DNA of 64,000 nucleotides from an uncultured Candidatus Saccharibacteria bacterium (GCA_964625065.1 CAZUZL010000004.1:11040-75039), one strand, 5' to 3'; positions 1 to 8,942 are shown, counted from the first letter of the stretch. The notes: generated by a model from the sequence alone, not told the origin. Numbers and translations are program-made.

Positions 1-514
1 TGAAAACGGTCTACCAGTTTCTGTTGCTGTTTTCCCTATTGGTTCGACCGACATAACCAAGGACATTGCACTTGGCCTAAAGGTACCTTTTGAAGACGCG
101 GACGAAATTAAAAAAGGCCGTATACCACAGGACGTGTCTAAACGTAAACTAGACGACATTATCAGTGCACGTCTAACAGATATATTTGAAATACTAGATG
201 CACATCTGAAAAAAATAAAACGTAGTGGTCTACTACCTTCTGGTATTTACCTAACCGGTGGTGGTATCAAGTTTCCGTTTATAGAAAACGTTGGCAAAGA
301 CACACTACGTCTACCTATACGTACACCAGACCCAGACATATGGGGTAACACTGCAAACAGACTTCCAGATGCAAGTTACTTTGTAGTTGCGTCACTATGT
401 AATACAGAATTTAAAAGCATTGCCGAACCAGATACATTCGACGAAGGCTTTGGCGGTATACTTGCACGCATTAAAAAGTTTTTCAAAGGAATTTTAGCTC
501 AACTAATGCCTTAA
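1..514 (+). CDS. ftsA: Cell division protein FtsA, C-terminal part (runs off window start)
   Basis: Frame from base 2 reads PIGSTDITKDIALGLKVPFEDADEIKK and later GIYLTGGG (actin-fold FtsA motifs); directly upstream of ftsZ. Confidence 0.9.
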   Translation, partial: ENGLPVSVAVFPIGSTDITKDIALGLKVPFEDADEIKKGRIPQDVSKRKLDDIISARLTDIFEILDAHLKKIKRSGLLPSGIYLTGGGIKFPFIENVGKDTLRLPIRTPDPDIWGNTANRLPDASYFVVASLCNTEFKSIAEPDTFDEGFGGILARIKKFFKGILAQLMP

Positions 515-622
515 AAAACAGCACAAAGTTTGCTTTTGTCAACTAGATTTTGCCTTTCATTTTATATTGCCTTATGGTAGAGTGTTTGTATTATAAATGT
601 TTTATGTGAATTGCTATATTCT

Positions 623-1825
623 ATGGGAAAAATCAATCCAGATATCGAAAGTTTCGCACGTATTAAGGTTATTGGTGTTGGTGGGTCAGGTAAAAATGCC
701 TTGAACCACATGATAGATTCAGGCGTTAAAGGCGTTGACTTTATCGTTATGAACACTGATACCCAGGACTTGCACAATTCGCTTGCTGACAAGAAAATAC
801 ACATCGGGCGCAACCTTACTAAGGGTCTAGGTGCTGGTATGAACCCAGAAATCGGCAAACGCGCCGCAGAAGAAACAAAAGCTGAAATACAAGAAGTGTT
901 AAAAGGTGCCGACATGGTGTTTATAGCATGTGGTATGGGTGGTGGTACTGGTACAGGTGCTGCACCTATAGTTGCCCGCGCTGCCAAGGAACAAGGTATA
1001 CTAACCATCGGTGTTGTTACAAAACCATTTTCTTTTGAAGGTAACCAACGTTTGTCATTAGCAGAAAACGGACTTGGCGAACTAGAACAAGAAGTAGATG
1101 CATTGATAGTAATACCAAATGACAGACTACTAACCATTGCATCTAAGGACACTGGTTTCAAACAAGCCTTTGCAATGTGTGACGAAGTACTACGCCAAGC
1201 CGTAGAAGGTATTTCAGAACTTATTATCAACCCTGGTATTATGAACGTCGACTTTGCCGACATTCGTGCCGTGCTACATGACGCAGGTTCTGCATTGATG
1301 GGCGTCGGTATTGCCAGTGGTGAAGACCGCGCTAAAAAGGCTGCTATCGACGCTATAAACAGCCCTCTACTTGATATATCTATAAACGGTGCACGTGGAG
1401 TGTTGATAAACGTTTCAGGTGGCGACGACCTAGGTATACTAGAAGTCCACGAAGCAGCTAAAATTATAACCGAATCTATCGACGCTGAAGCTAAAGTTAT
1501 ATTCGGTATGTCTACCGACGAAAGACTTAAAAAAGGCGAAGTTAAGATTACCGTTATTGCAACTGGCTTCCCTACTTCAATGACTAAAAAACCTTTGTTC
1601 GAACGCAATGCAAACATAGGTTCAGCCCAGGTACTACCACTTAAACGTGAAGCTACTCGCGCAGAAATACAACAACCTATAGTTGCCGAGGAACCCAAAC
1701 CAAGTATTACAACTTCACAAAACGAATACTTGCGTAAAGTAGAAACTCCGGTTATAGACGACGAAAACCCTGAGGAAGACGACTGGTCTGCAGTTCCAGC
1801 ATTCCTACGAAGACAGAAAAAGTAA
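623..1825 (+). CDS. ftsZ: Cell division GTPase FtsZ
   Basis: GVGGSG, GAGMNPEIG, GGGTGTG tubulin signature, NVDFAD, C-terminal VPAFLRR; ATG at 623 preferred. Confidence 0.98.
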   Translation: MGKINPDIESFARIKVIGVGGSGKNALNHMIDSGVKGVDFIVMNTDTQDLHNSLADKKIHIGRNLTKGLGAGMNPEIGKRAAEETKAEIQEVLKGADMVFIACGMGGGTGTGAAPIVARAAKEQGILTIGVVTKPFSFEGNQRLSLAENGLGELEQEVDALIVIPNDRLLTIASKDTGFKQAFAMCDEVLRQAVEGISELIINPGIMNVDFADIRAVLHDAGSALMGVGIASGEDRAKKAAIDAINSPLLDISINGARGVLINVSGGDDLGILEVHEAAKIITESIDAEAKVIFGMSTDERLKKGEVKITVIATGFPTSMTKKPLFERNANIGSAQVLPLKREATRAEIQQPIVAEEPKPSITTSQNEYLRKVETPVIDDENPEEDDWSAVPAFLRRQKK

Positions 1826-1830
1826 TTACA

Positions 1831-1906
1831 AGTGAATAGTTTACAGGTTACAGTGAACAGAAAATTTAATTTAAACTGTCCACTATAAACTATAAACTGT
1901 AAGCTG
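1831..1906. repeat. Inverted pair of degenerate heptamer tandem repeats (STRR-like)
   Basis: agtgaat-agtttac-aggttac-agtgaac facing ctgtcca-ctataaa-ctataaa-ctgtaag; related array at 22242-22273. Confidence 0.6.
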
Positions 1907-1958
1907 TCGCATAAAAAAACATCTTGTAGAGATGGTTTTTTTATGCGACAATGTACAC

Positions 1959-2906
1959 ATGAAAGATTTAATTATTATCGGCGGTGGGCCCGCAGGTGCA
2001 GGTGCAGCAGTATATGCAGCACGCAAACAACTTAACAGTATGCTTATAGCTGGCGAGATTGGTGGCCAGTCTACAGTTTCAGAAGACATACAAAACTGGA
2101 TAGGTAGCCCGCACATTTCCGGTGTCAATTTAGCTAAAAGCCTTGAAGCCCATGTTAACGAATACAAAGGTAACTTTGTTGAGATTAAAAAGGGCCTATG
2201 GGTATACAACATAACTAAAGAAAAAGACGCTGATGGCCACGAGTATTTTACAGTACATACTAAAAACCATTCAGGTGCAGAAGAATCTTTTGACACTAAA
2301 ACAGTATTAGTTACAACAGGTTCTATACGCCGTAAACTACCTGCAATCGATGCAGACAAATTCGAACATAAGGGTGTTACATATTGCGCATCTTGCGACG
2401 GCCCAGTTTTTTCAGGCCAGGATGTAGTTGTAGTTGGTGGTGGCAACGCAGCATTAGAATCTGCAGCACAACTACTGGCATACTGTAAAACAGTAACGCT
2501 TATAAACAGAACTAAAAACTTTAAGGCAGACCCTGTTACTGTAGAAAAAGTTCTAGCCCACAAAAACCTTACACTTATAGAAAACGCAACAATAGTAAAA
2601 GTTAACGGCAATGCATTTGTCGAATCTATCGACTATGTTGTAGAAGGCCAGGAACCTGTTACTCTACCTACAGCCGGCGTTTTTGTAGAAATAGGTCAAC
2701 TACCTAATACAGACTTTGTTAAGGAACTAGTTGACCTAACACAGTTTGGTAACATTATAGTCGACCCAATGCGCCAAATGTCCAGTATGGCCGGTATATG
2801 GGCCGCAGGCGACTGTACAAACGGTTTGTACCACCAGAACAACATTGCCGCCGGCGACGCTGTAAAAGCCCTAGAAGACATCTACCAGTGGGTAAAGAAG
2901 AATTAA
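1959..2906 (+). CDS. trxB: Thioredoxin-disulfide reductase (TrxB/AhpF-like)
   Basis: GGGPAG FAD motif, CASCDG redox pair, GGGNAA NAD(P)H motif, AAGD. Confidence 0.88.
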   Translation: MKDLIIIGGGPAGAGAAVYAARKQLNSMLIAGEIGGQSTVSEDIQNWIGSPHISGVNLAKSLEAHVNEYKGNFVEIKKGLWVYNITKEKDADGHEYFTVHTKNHSGAEESFDTKTVLVTTGSIRRKLPAIDADKFEHKGVTYCASCDGPVFSGQDVVVVGGGNAALESAAQLLAYCKTVTLINRTKNFKADPVTVEKVLAHKNLTLIENATIVKVNGNAFVESIDYVVEGQEPVTLPTAGVFVEIGQLPNTDFVKELVDLTQFGNIIVDPMRQMSSMAGIWAAGDCTNGLYHQNNIAAGDAVKALEDIYQWVKKN

Positions 2907-2939
2907 AAAAAAGCCCCAGTAACCTAATACTGGGGCTTT
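2897..2939. terminator. Bidirectional terminator hairpin, duplicated at 3623-3665
   Basis: aaagccccagt-aacctaat-actggggcttt; 43-bp direct repeat with one mismatch at 3623-3665. Confidence 0.8.
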
Positions 2940-2954
2940 ATGTTTTTCATAATA

Positions 2955-3497
2955 TTACTGTCCGCATAACTGTATCGGTATGGGTGCATTATATTTACCC
3001 GTGCCTTGGTCAAATATAAACAGATTAATTTCTGAAACGTTAAACGCTTGTGGTAAATCCAAACCAGATGTTACTTTTCTTAAACCGGACTTAATCTCAC
3101 GATTTGAAATGTTATCAGACATCTTAGCCACCCAAATACATGGGTCATAAATGAGATTTTTTTTCTCACGAGGGTCGTTAAACATTCCTAACGAATTTTC
3201 CATCTTTTGATTTAGTTCTAGTAATTCTTCTGATTTAACAGATATTCCGAAGAAAGCAATAGTGGCTTTTACTTCCGACAAATTAATAGAAAATGGTGAT
3301 ACCGTGTTTGCAATAGAGCGAACAATGGATTCGACAAGTATATTGTCACTATTGATATCAGTATTATTTTGGCCCCATTTTACTGTAATACTACGTTCAA
3401 AATCAGAAGTTTCAAAATGTTCTGATAGTCCTTTTACAGCTTGGTCTATCTTGTTTTTTAATTCGTCATTAATTTTTATGGCTATTGAATATTTCAT
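2955..3497 (-). CDS. 2H phosphoesterase-fold protein lacking both catalytic His (paralog of 3673-4305)
   Basis: Aligns with neighbour (ESIVRSxANT shared) but HxT motifs read RSITV and PCIWV. Confidence 0.7.
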   Translation of the reverse strand: MKYSIAIKINDELKNKIDQAVKGLSEHFETSDFERSITVKWGQNNTDINSDNILVESIVRSIANTVSPFSINLSEVKATIAFFGISVKSEELLELNQKMENSLGMFNDPREKKNLIYDPCIWVAKMSDNISNREIKSGLRKVTSGLDLPQAFNVSEINLFIFDQGTGKYNAPIPIQLCGQ

Positions 3498-3672
3498 GTT
3501 ATTTGGACTGGTTTAAAGGTGCTTGGTATTATTTTCTTTCTTGTATTATACACCTATTTTACTGAAAAGTCAATATATACCCAGGCATGCAAAAACCACT
3601 ATAAATCAATGCTTCCCGGGCGGAAGAATTAAAAAAAAGCCCCAGTAACCTAATACTGGAGCTTTTAAATAT

Positions 3673-4305
3673 TTATTCACTATCTTCTACCTTTTCATAG
3701 AAATTAGCGTTCCATGGGGCTGAAGTTGTTTCAACATCTTCCTGCATTTCACAAGATATAGGCATTGCATACGGTTCTAACGGTATGTCTATTGTCTTGT
3801 CATACATATTAGTCACATCGTTAAACAAGAATATACAAATTTCTGTCACTGCGAAACTTTTAGGAAGGCCCAAACTAGTAGCCACCGTTTTCTCTACTTC
3901 CTTAATTTTTGGCAAAGTAATATTATCTGATATTTTTGAAACTGTAATATGTGGATTGTAATTATTAAAATCATAATTCTTAACTTCACGATTGTTAAAC
4001 TTTTCCAATGAACGTGCAAAATTTGCATTAAGTTCATGTAGAACTTTTGATTTAGCTGAAATTACAAGATGAGATTCGCCAAACATTTTTACATCTGTCA
4101 TAGAAACTACAAAGGGGTGGAAAGTATTTGCCACTGACCGCACTATAGATTCTATAAGTAAAATGTCTTCGTTATTTTGAGGACCTTTCAACGTAATGTG
4201 TGGCTCTAGTCTAGATTTTACAAAATTATCTGATAGGCCTGTAACGGTTTCAGAAATCTGATCTACAATACTTTTGGGTAATTTTATTCCTATAAAATAT
4301 TTCAT
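3673..4305 (-). CDS. 2H phosphoesterase / 2'-5' RNA ligase family protein
   Basis: Two HxT motifs EPHITL and NPHITV; N-terminal YFIGI. Confidence 0.85.
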   Translation of the reverse strand: MKYFIGIKLPKSIVDQISETVTGLSDNFVKSRLEPHITLKGPQNNEDILLIESIVRSVANTFHPFVVSMTDVKMFGESHLVISAKSKVLHELNANFARSLEKFNNREVKNYDFNNYNPHITVSKISDNITLPKIKEVEKTVATSLGLPKSFAVTEICIFLFNDVTNMYDKTIDIPLEPYAMPISCEMQEDVETTSAPWNANFYEKVEDSE

Positions 4306-4469
4306 TGTTTGTGGGGTTTTTTAATGTGCTTGGTATTTTGTTTATTATTCATATCATAACAGAAAAGACGTATTGTGTCAAACCATATTCTCAAAGGACT
4401 GAGTTTTGGTTTAATTACAAAAAAATCCTTAGTATTTACTAAGGATTTTAATATTTCAAAATTTGAACT

Positions 4470-5093
4470 TTATTTTTTCATAACTGTAGGAATTTGTTCA
4501 AGAAATTCTGGCAACCACTCTGCGTCGAACCAATATAAAAATGATTTATACACCCCTGTTACCAATTCTGAAATCTTTACAATGTTTATTTCATCGGTAT
4601 GATCAAACGCCTCAAGCATAGCAGCGATTTTTTCTATAAAATACTTAAATGTATCTAATAGTGTCGGCACAACAGGTGTATTTAATTGCTTTATTGCAAT
4701 ATTCGCTATCATATCTTCATCTGTTGGTTTTTCGATCATAGGAAACATATATTCTTTAAAGCCAACAGAATGTGCAATAGAAAGCATGTTTACAATCATT
4801 TTTAGCAAAGCTTTTTTAGAGTCTAGTGCTAAATTTCCCAGTTCATTATCTGGGGTAGTAACCCACTGAATACGTCCAATATCAATTTTTTCTTGGGGTA
4901 AAGCCATGTCGATTTTGTTTACTGATTTAAGCATATGCAATAAACCATGTTTAAGGGCAAATACTAATTTGTCTTTATCAGTATTTAATCTGGCCATTGC
5001 CGGGTAGTTTTGTACATTGTACACGTAGTGTTCATTTACATAAGTAAATGCATCGATAAAATCATTGATCTTGAGGGGTTGTGTTGTGTTCAT
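4470..5093 (-). CDS. Hypothetical protein
   Basis: 207-aa ORF followed by hairpin aaaaaatcctt-agtatttact-aaggatttt; no family recognised. Confidence 0.7.
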   Translation of the reverse strand: MNTTQPLKINDFIDAFTYVNEHYVYNVQNYPAMARLNTDKDKLVFALKHGLLHMLKSVNKIDMALPQEKIDIGRIQWVTTPDNELGNLALDSKKALLKMIVNMLSIAHSVGFKEYMFPMIEKPTDEDMIANIAIKQLNTPVVPTLLDTFKYFIEKIAAMLEAFDHTDEINIVKISELVTGVYKSFLYWFDAEWLPEFLEQIPTVMKK

Positions 5094-5223
5094 TTGTTTG
5101 GTGTTAAGGTGTGAATATTTAATTTTCTACCCCTACCCTAACAAAAAACATTTGACAGGTCAAGCTTTTGTTGTTATTGTTATTTTAAATATTTTGATCC
5201 TAAAACATTTAATTTTATAAATT

Positions 5224-5628
5224 ATGTCTACACAATTTCTTTCAGTATCGAACCCCTGGAAAACAGTTACATCTATTTTCTGCTGTATAACGCTTACAGC
5301 TATTCCAATCTTCTTTAAAGAATGGTTCTGGCATCCGAATCTTTCCTTAATCTTTACGATGCCAGCACTGTCTGTCACCTTTTTTAATTTCAAAGAGTTT
5401 AATTTTAATTCAATTAATTATTCTGTTGTTGTAATAGGAATATTGAATCTTTTTCTGAACTTGTTTGCAATATTATTTTCAGACAGTTACGCGAGCCCTG
5501 CATCTGATAGATATTGGCTCTATTATGCAGACGTTTTGCACCCAATAATAGCATTCATACTACTATTTGGCATTGCGGAAAGACATTGCAGACAAAAGCA
5601 AAATATTCAGGAACTTTTTACAATATAA
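5224..5628 (+). CDS. Hypothetical membrane protein
   Basis: Hydrophobic ORF; TTGACA(5152-5157)-17-TATTGT promoter upstream; terminator at 5651-5679 downstream. Confidence 0.6.
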   Translation: MSTQFLSVSNPWKTVTSIFCCITLTAIPIFFKEWFWHPNLSLIFTMPALSVTFFNFKEFNFNSINYSVVVIGILNLFLNLFAILFSDSYASPASDRYWLYYADVLHPIIAFILLFGIAERHCRQKQNIQELFTI

Positions 5629-5677
5629 AAAGACATTCCTTAAACTAAACAAAAAGCCTCGAAATATGAGGCTTTTT

Positions 5678-6112
5678 TTATTGATGTTTATGGTATTTTT
5701 CGTCTTCTTCGATTTTTTTCTCGATGCGGTTTAGTTGTTCTTCTATGTGCTCTAGTGCGTATTCTTCTTTTTGTTCTTCTACTTTAATTTCTTCTTCAGT
5801 TTGTTCAGTAACTTTTTTAGAACGGCGTAGACCGGACATTATTATCATGTCACCCACAAACATAGACACAAACAAACCTATTAACAACAACCCCCATGTA
5901 GCCCAAGTAGCCGACACAAACGGGTGGAAAAGAAAACCTAATACCCCACCCTCACTTTCTAGCAGGTCTGCTGTATGCCATATACCACGCCATAGCAATA
6001 CCAAAAACACACTGCCAATTAAGGAATAAAATATGGGGTATTTAGACAAATGCCCACGAATATTGTCCTCGAGTTTATCAAAAAAATTTGAAGCATTTTT
6101 ATACAATGACAT
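5678..6112 (-). CDS. Hypothetical membrane protein with C-terminal coiled coil
   Basis: Two TM segments, LLWRGIWHTAD motif; leaderless TGcTATAAT-6-ATG start. Confidence 0.8.
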   Translation of the reverse strand: MSLYKNASNFFDKLEDNIRGHLSKYPIFYSLIGSVFLVLLWRGIWHTADLLESEGGVLGFLFHPFVSATWATWGLLLIGLFVSMFVGDMIIMSGLRRSKKVTEQTEEEIKVEEQKEEYALEHIEEQLNRIEKKIEEDEKYHKHQ

Positions 6113-6149
6113 AGGTATATTATAGCATTTTATTATTCAAAACAAATTA

Positions 6150-6179
6150 TTGACTAAATATAAAAACGAGTGATAAAAT
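6150..6179 (+). promoter_or_regulatory. Sigma70 promoter for a leaderless toxin transcript
   Basis: TTGACT(6150-6155)-18-TAAAAT(6174-6179) with extended TG; ATG 6 nt downstream. Confidence 0.7.
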
Positions 6180-6185
6180 TATATT

Positions 6186-6572
6186 ATGAAAGATTTTGGA
6201 ACTTGGAATAAAGAAAAAATAAACCTTGAAGATACTGGGCACGAAGACCTCTCTTTCCATGAAAGAGAAATATGGTGGTGTTCAATTGGACTTAACATTG
6301 GCGACGAACAAGACGGTAAAAATGAATTATTCGAAAGACCCGTATTAATAATTAAAAAATTTAACAAAAGACTGGCGTGGGCATTACCTATGAGTACAAA
6401 GAAAAAAGATGGTATATACTATCACAATATTGAACATGACGGTAAAATATTTTCAGTTATGTTGTCACAATTAAGGCTATTAAGCACAAAAAGATTTCAC
6501 CGTTATCTTAGAAAAATATCGCCAAATCAGTTTTCCATAATTCAAGATAAATTAATTAAATTGATAAAGTAA
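6186..6572 (+). CDS. PemK/MazF-family endoribonuclease toxin
   Basis: EIWWCSIGLNIGDEQDGK..ERPVLIIKK..LPMST..SQLRLLSTKR match the PemK/MazF pattern; no adjacent antitoxin ORF. Confidence 0.85.
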   Translation: MKDFGTWNKEKINLEDTGHEDLSFHEREIWWCSIGLNIGDEQDGKNELFERPVLIIKKFNKRLAWALPMSTKKKDGIYYHNIEHDGKIFSVMLSQLRLLSTKRFHRYLRKISPNQFSIIQDKLIKLIK

Positions 6573-6630
6573 TAAAACAAACGAAGCCCCCTTGCGGGGG
6601 GCTTCTCGGTTGGCCTAATGGCCATTTGTA
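6572..6630 (-). ncRNA. Candidate small structured RNA convergent with the toxin gene
   Basis: Follows a consensus promoter. Folds as ACAAAU:GUUUGU closing stem, GGCC(AUUA)GGCC hairpin and GAAGCCCCCC(GCAA)GGGGGCUUC hairpin, then a U-rich tail; no ORF. Confidence 0.6.
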
Positions 6631-6635
6631 CATAC

Positions 6636-6663
6636 ATTATATACCTAACATATTTTTTGTCAA
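6636..6663 (-). promoter_or_regulatory. Consensus sigma70 promoter pointing at the 3' end of the toxin gene
   Basis: Minus strand TTGACA(6663-6658)-16-TATAAT(6641-6636). Confidence 0.8.
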
Positions 6664-6689
6664 CAAGCTCTAAAATTCCCAGTGTGCAG

Positions 6690-6727
6690 GTCTGCCGTTT
6701 AATGGAACGTCCGGCTGACACGATTCC
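6690..6727 (+). repeat. Degenerate copy of the two-hairpin dispersed element (...CACGATTCYGCAGAATCG family)
   Basis: gtctgccgtttaatggaacgtccggctgacacgattcc resembles the copies at 14725, 54747 and 60914. Confidence 0.6.
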
Positions 6728-6892
6728 CGGGTGTCGAACACCTGGGTTATCCACATGTTTGGTGTGTTTTACCCTAAGTCGGACTTAGGGCTATATTTTT
6801 ATGGGGTTTTTGCACAGACTCTTTTCTTTTTTAAAAAAATGTGCTATATATGTATGGTTGCTGTGGTGGTGCGTACCGCAGAACGAGCGTTT

Positions 6893-6964
6893 GGCTCTAT
6901 CGTCTAATGGTTAGGACACGGCCTTTTCAAGGCTGTAATCGGGGTTCGATTCCCCGTAGAGTCA
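6893..6964 (+). tRNA. tRNA-Glu(TTC)
   Basis: GGCTCTA/TAGAGTC acceptor, CGGCC-TTTTCAA-GGCTG anticodon arm, GTTCGATT T-loop; no encoded CCA. Confidence 0.95.
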
Positions 6965-7277
6965 CACAAGCATGTAAATGCAAACTGCTTTGCATTTACA
7001 GCGAAGTGTGAAGGCACAGCGATGTGTTTTGGAGCACTACGACAAAACACCGCGAGCCGGGGTCGCGAACACTTATATAGAATTTGAACGCAGTGAAAAA
7101 TTATATTTAGTGATTCGTGACACACAAAACAAGAAATTCTATTTCGAACACACCGAAAAGGTATACAGCGTCTGTAAGACGAGATTCCCAGTAGCATGAG
7201 TAAATTTAGGGACTCGTGTTATATAAATTAACAATAGCGCATTTAGTATCCGAATAAGTATTAATATATTACAAAAG

Positions 7278-8111
7278 CTATTTAGTATTTTCTACAGTTT
7301 TTAAATTTTCCTCAAAATTTTCTAATAGATCTAATGAATTTAAATCAATATTTTTGAATGCACTGAAGGCATCTTTTTCAGATATTTTATGTGAAATAAC
7401 ACGTGCATTTAATGTTACTACAGAAAGCAATAAATCAATTGTCTTACTAGTAGTGCTTTTATCTTTTTCTAAGTTTACTGACTTTAAAAAGTTTTGGAAT
7501 TTTGTGTTTGAGTATGATTCACTAATGAATTCATCCACTGAACTTAAGCCATAGTGATTATCTATTTCCTCTTTAGGAATATTATCTAAAACTGTTTGAA
7601 AAAGATGCCTATATTTGTTATGTATTGGTAACTTATGAATAGTATTTTTTATTTCAGTGATTGCATAAATCATATTTACGCCTGAAGAAATATCTGCACC
7701 CCTAAAAACGTGATGAAAAAGTTCATGAAGTATTGTTGCATAGAAGTCCCCAACTTCTGCTACATTGGCATATGTACCATCTATTTGCAATGTCTTTCTT
7801 GATGCACTATATCGTGCCATTGTATGATAAAGTTTATCTTGTTTTAAATCACCCAAGTAATCTATTGATTTAAAAACCACCTTAATATCTTTAAGGTTAC
7901 TTAATCCCTTGATTTTTGAAAAAACTTTTTCAAAACCAGCATTAGTTTCAACAGACGATAGTTTATCTATTAATTCCTCAGCGTTCTTTACATTTGCGAT
8001 ACCTAATATAAATATTAGTGGTTCATACGGATTATTCTTTATTTCATCTAGAATTCTTTGTTTTTCAATTCCTTTATTAAAGTTGTTGCTGTTTTCAAGG
8101 TTCATATTCAT
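7278..8111 (-). CDS. Zincin-like metallopeptidase-domain protein
   Basis: HELFH (HExxH) plus downstream YGLSSVDEFISESYSN; very AT-rich. Confidence 0.65.
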   Translation of the reverse strand: MNMNLENSNNFNKGIEKQRILDEIKNNPYEPLIFILGIANVKNAEELIDKLSSVETNAGFEKVFSKIKGLSNLKDIKVVFKSIDYLGDLKQDKLYHTMARYSASRKTLQIDGTYANVAEVGDFYATILHELFHHVFRGADISSGVNMIYAITEIKNTIHKLPIHNKYRHLFQTVLDNIPKEEIDNHYGLSSVDEFISESYSNTKFQNFLKSVNLEKDKSTTSKTIDLLLSVVTLNARVISHKISEKDAFSAFKNIDLNSLDLLENFEENLKTVENTK

Positions 8112-8143
8112 ATTGTAACATTTTTGAACTATCTTTATACTCC

Positions 8144-8941
8144 CTACAACTCATTTACCCCGTCGAACAACTTTGGGTGTTTTTCTGATTCGATTATAAT
8201 GCGGTTCATCATGGCCACTGATTCTACTGGGTATTTGCCCTGGGCAGATTCTTCGGACAGCATTACGGCGTCTGCACCACAGAAAACAGCATATGCAACG
8301 TCGGTAACTTCGGCACGTGTTGGGTTTTCGTTTTCTGTCATGGACAACATCATTTGTGTGGCAACTATTACAGGTTTACCAGCAGTTTTACATTTAGCAA
8401 TTATTTCTTTCTCAACAAAAGGTATTTGTTCTAACGGAACTTCGTTACCCATGTCTCCACGGGCTACCATAATGGCGTCTGCAGATTCTATAATTTCGTC
8501 TATTTTTTCTATGGCAACAGCACGTTCTATTTTAGCTATTATGGGCACTACATAACCGTTTTGTTGCATTAGGTTGCGTAAAATTTGTATATCAGATGCA
8601 GAACCAACATACGACATAGCTACGTAGTCTACTTTTTGTTCTTGGCCAAAATGAAGGTCGCGAATGTCTTTTTCAGTTAGTACATCTGTAGAACCATGTT
8701 TAAATTCATGGCCGTCTGTGGCCTGTACACGCGGGCCTGACAAGTCCTGCACTATTGGTATAGAAATGTTCATTTCGTTTGCTACCTGGCGTACAGTGGC
8801 TATATAGCCAGCATGTTCGGCATATGTACCCCAAGAAAAGTTTAGGCGTACAACACCCAGGTTGTTTTGTGCCATTTTTTGTATTGTTTCTAAGTCTTTA
8901 CTTGCCGGACCAATGGTGGCAACAATTTTTACTGATTTCAT
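8144..8941 (-). CDS. pyk: Pyruvate kinase, minimal (A domain only)
   Basis: KIVATIGPAS, RLNFS, IAKIE, MVARGDMG, ATQMM, DAVMLSEESAQGKYP. Confidence 0.92.
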   Translation of the reverse strand: MKSVKIVATIGPASKDLETIQKMAQNNLGVVRLNFSWGTYAEHAGYIATVRQVANEMNISIPIVQDLSGPRVQATDGHEFKHGSTDVLTEKDIRDLHFGQEQKVDYVAMSYVGSASDIQILRNLMQQNGYVVPIIAKIERAVAIEKIDEIIESADAIMVARGDMGNEVPLEQIPFVEKEIIAKCKTAGKPVIVATQMMLSMTENENPTRAEVTDVAYAVFCGADAVMLSEESAQGKYPVESVAMMNRIIIESEKHPKLFDGVNEL

Positions 8942-8942
8942 T

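Noticed and set aside
562-1698. 378-aa minus-strand ORF, and similar long antisense ORFs over trxB, eno, ychF and mrdA
   Set aside because: Shadows of well-supported genes on the opposite strand
5160-5393. 77-aa minus ORF
   Set aside because: The opposite-strand ORF 5224-5628 has the promoter and terminator support
6572-6630. Hammerhead ribozyme reading of the three-way junction
   Set aside because: Lacks the CUGAnGA and GAAA core
6542-6754. 70-aa minus ORF as a possible protein antitoxin
   Set aside because: Starts at GTG upstream of the convergent promoter, runs through repeats, promoter and hairpins, and has no antitoxin features
6740-6830. Replication origin near a DnaA box
   Set aside because: Only one perfect box, no cluster, and no dnaA/dnaN nearby
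6904-7199. ORFs 6904-7197 and 6978-7199
   Set aside because: Overlap tRNA-Glu and/or its hairpin-rich trailer; no protein-like features
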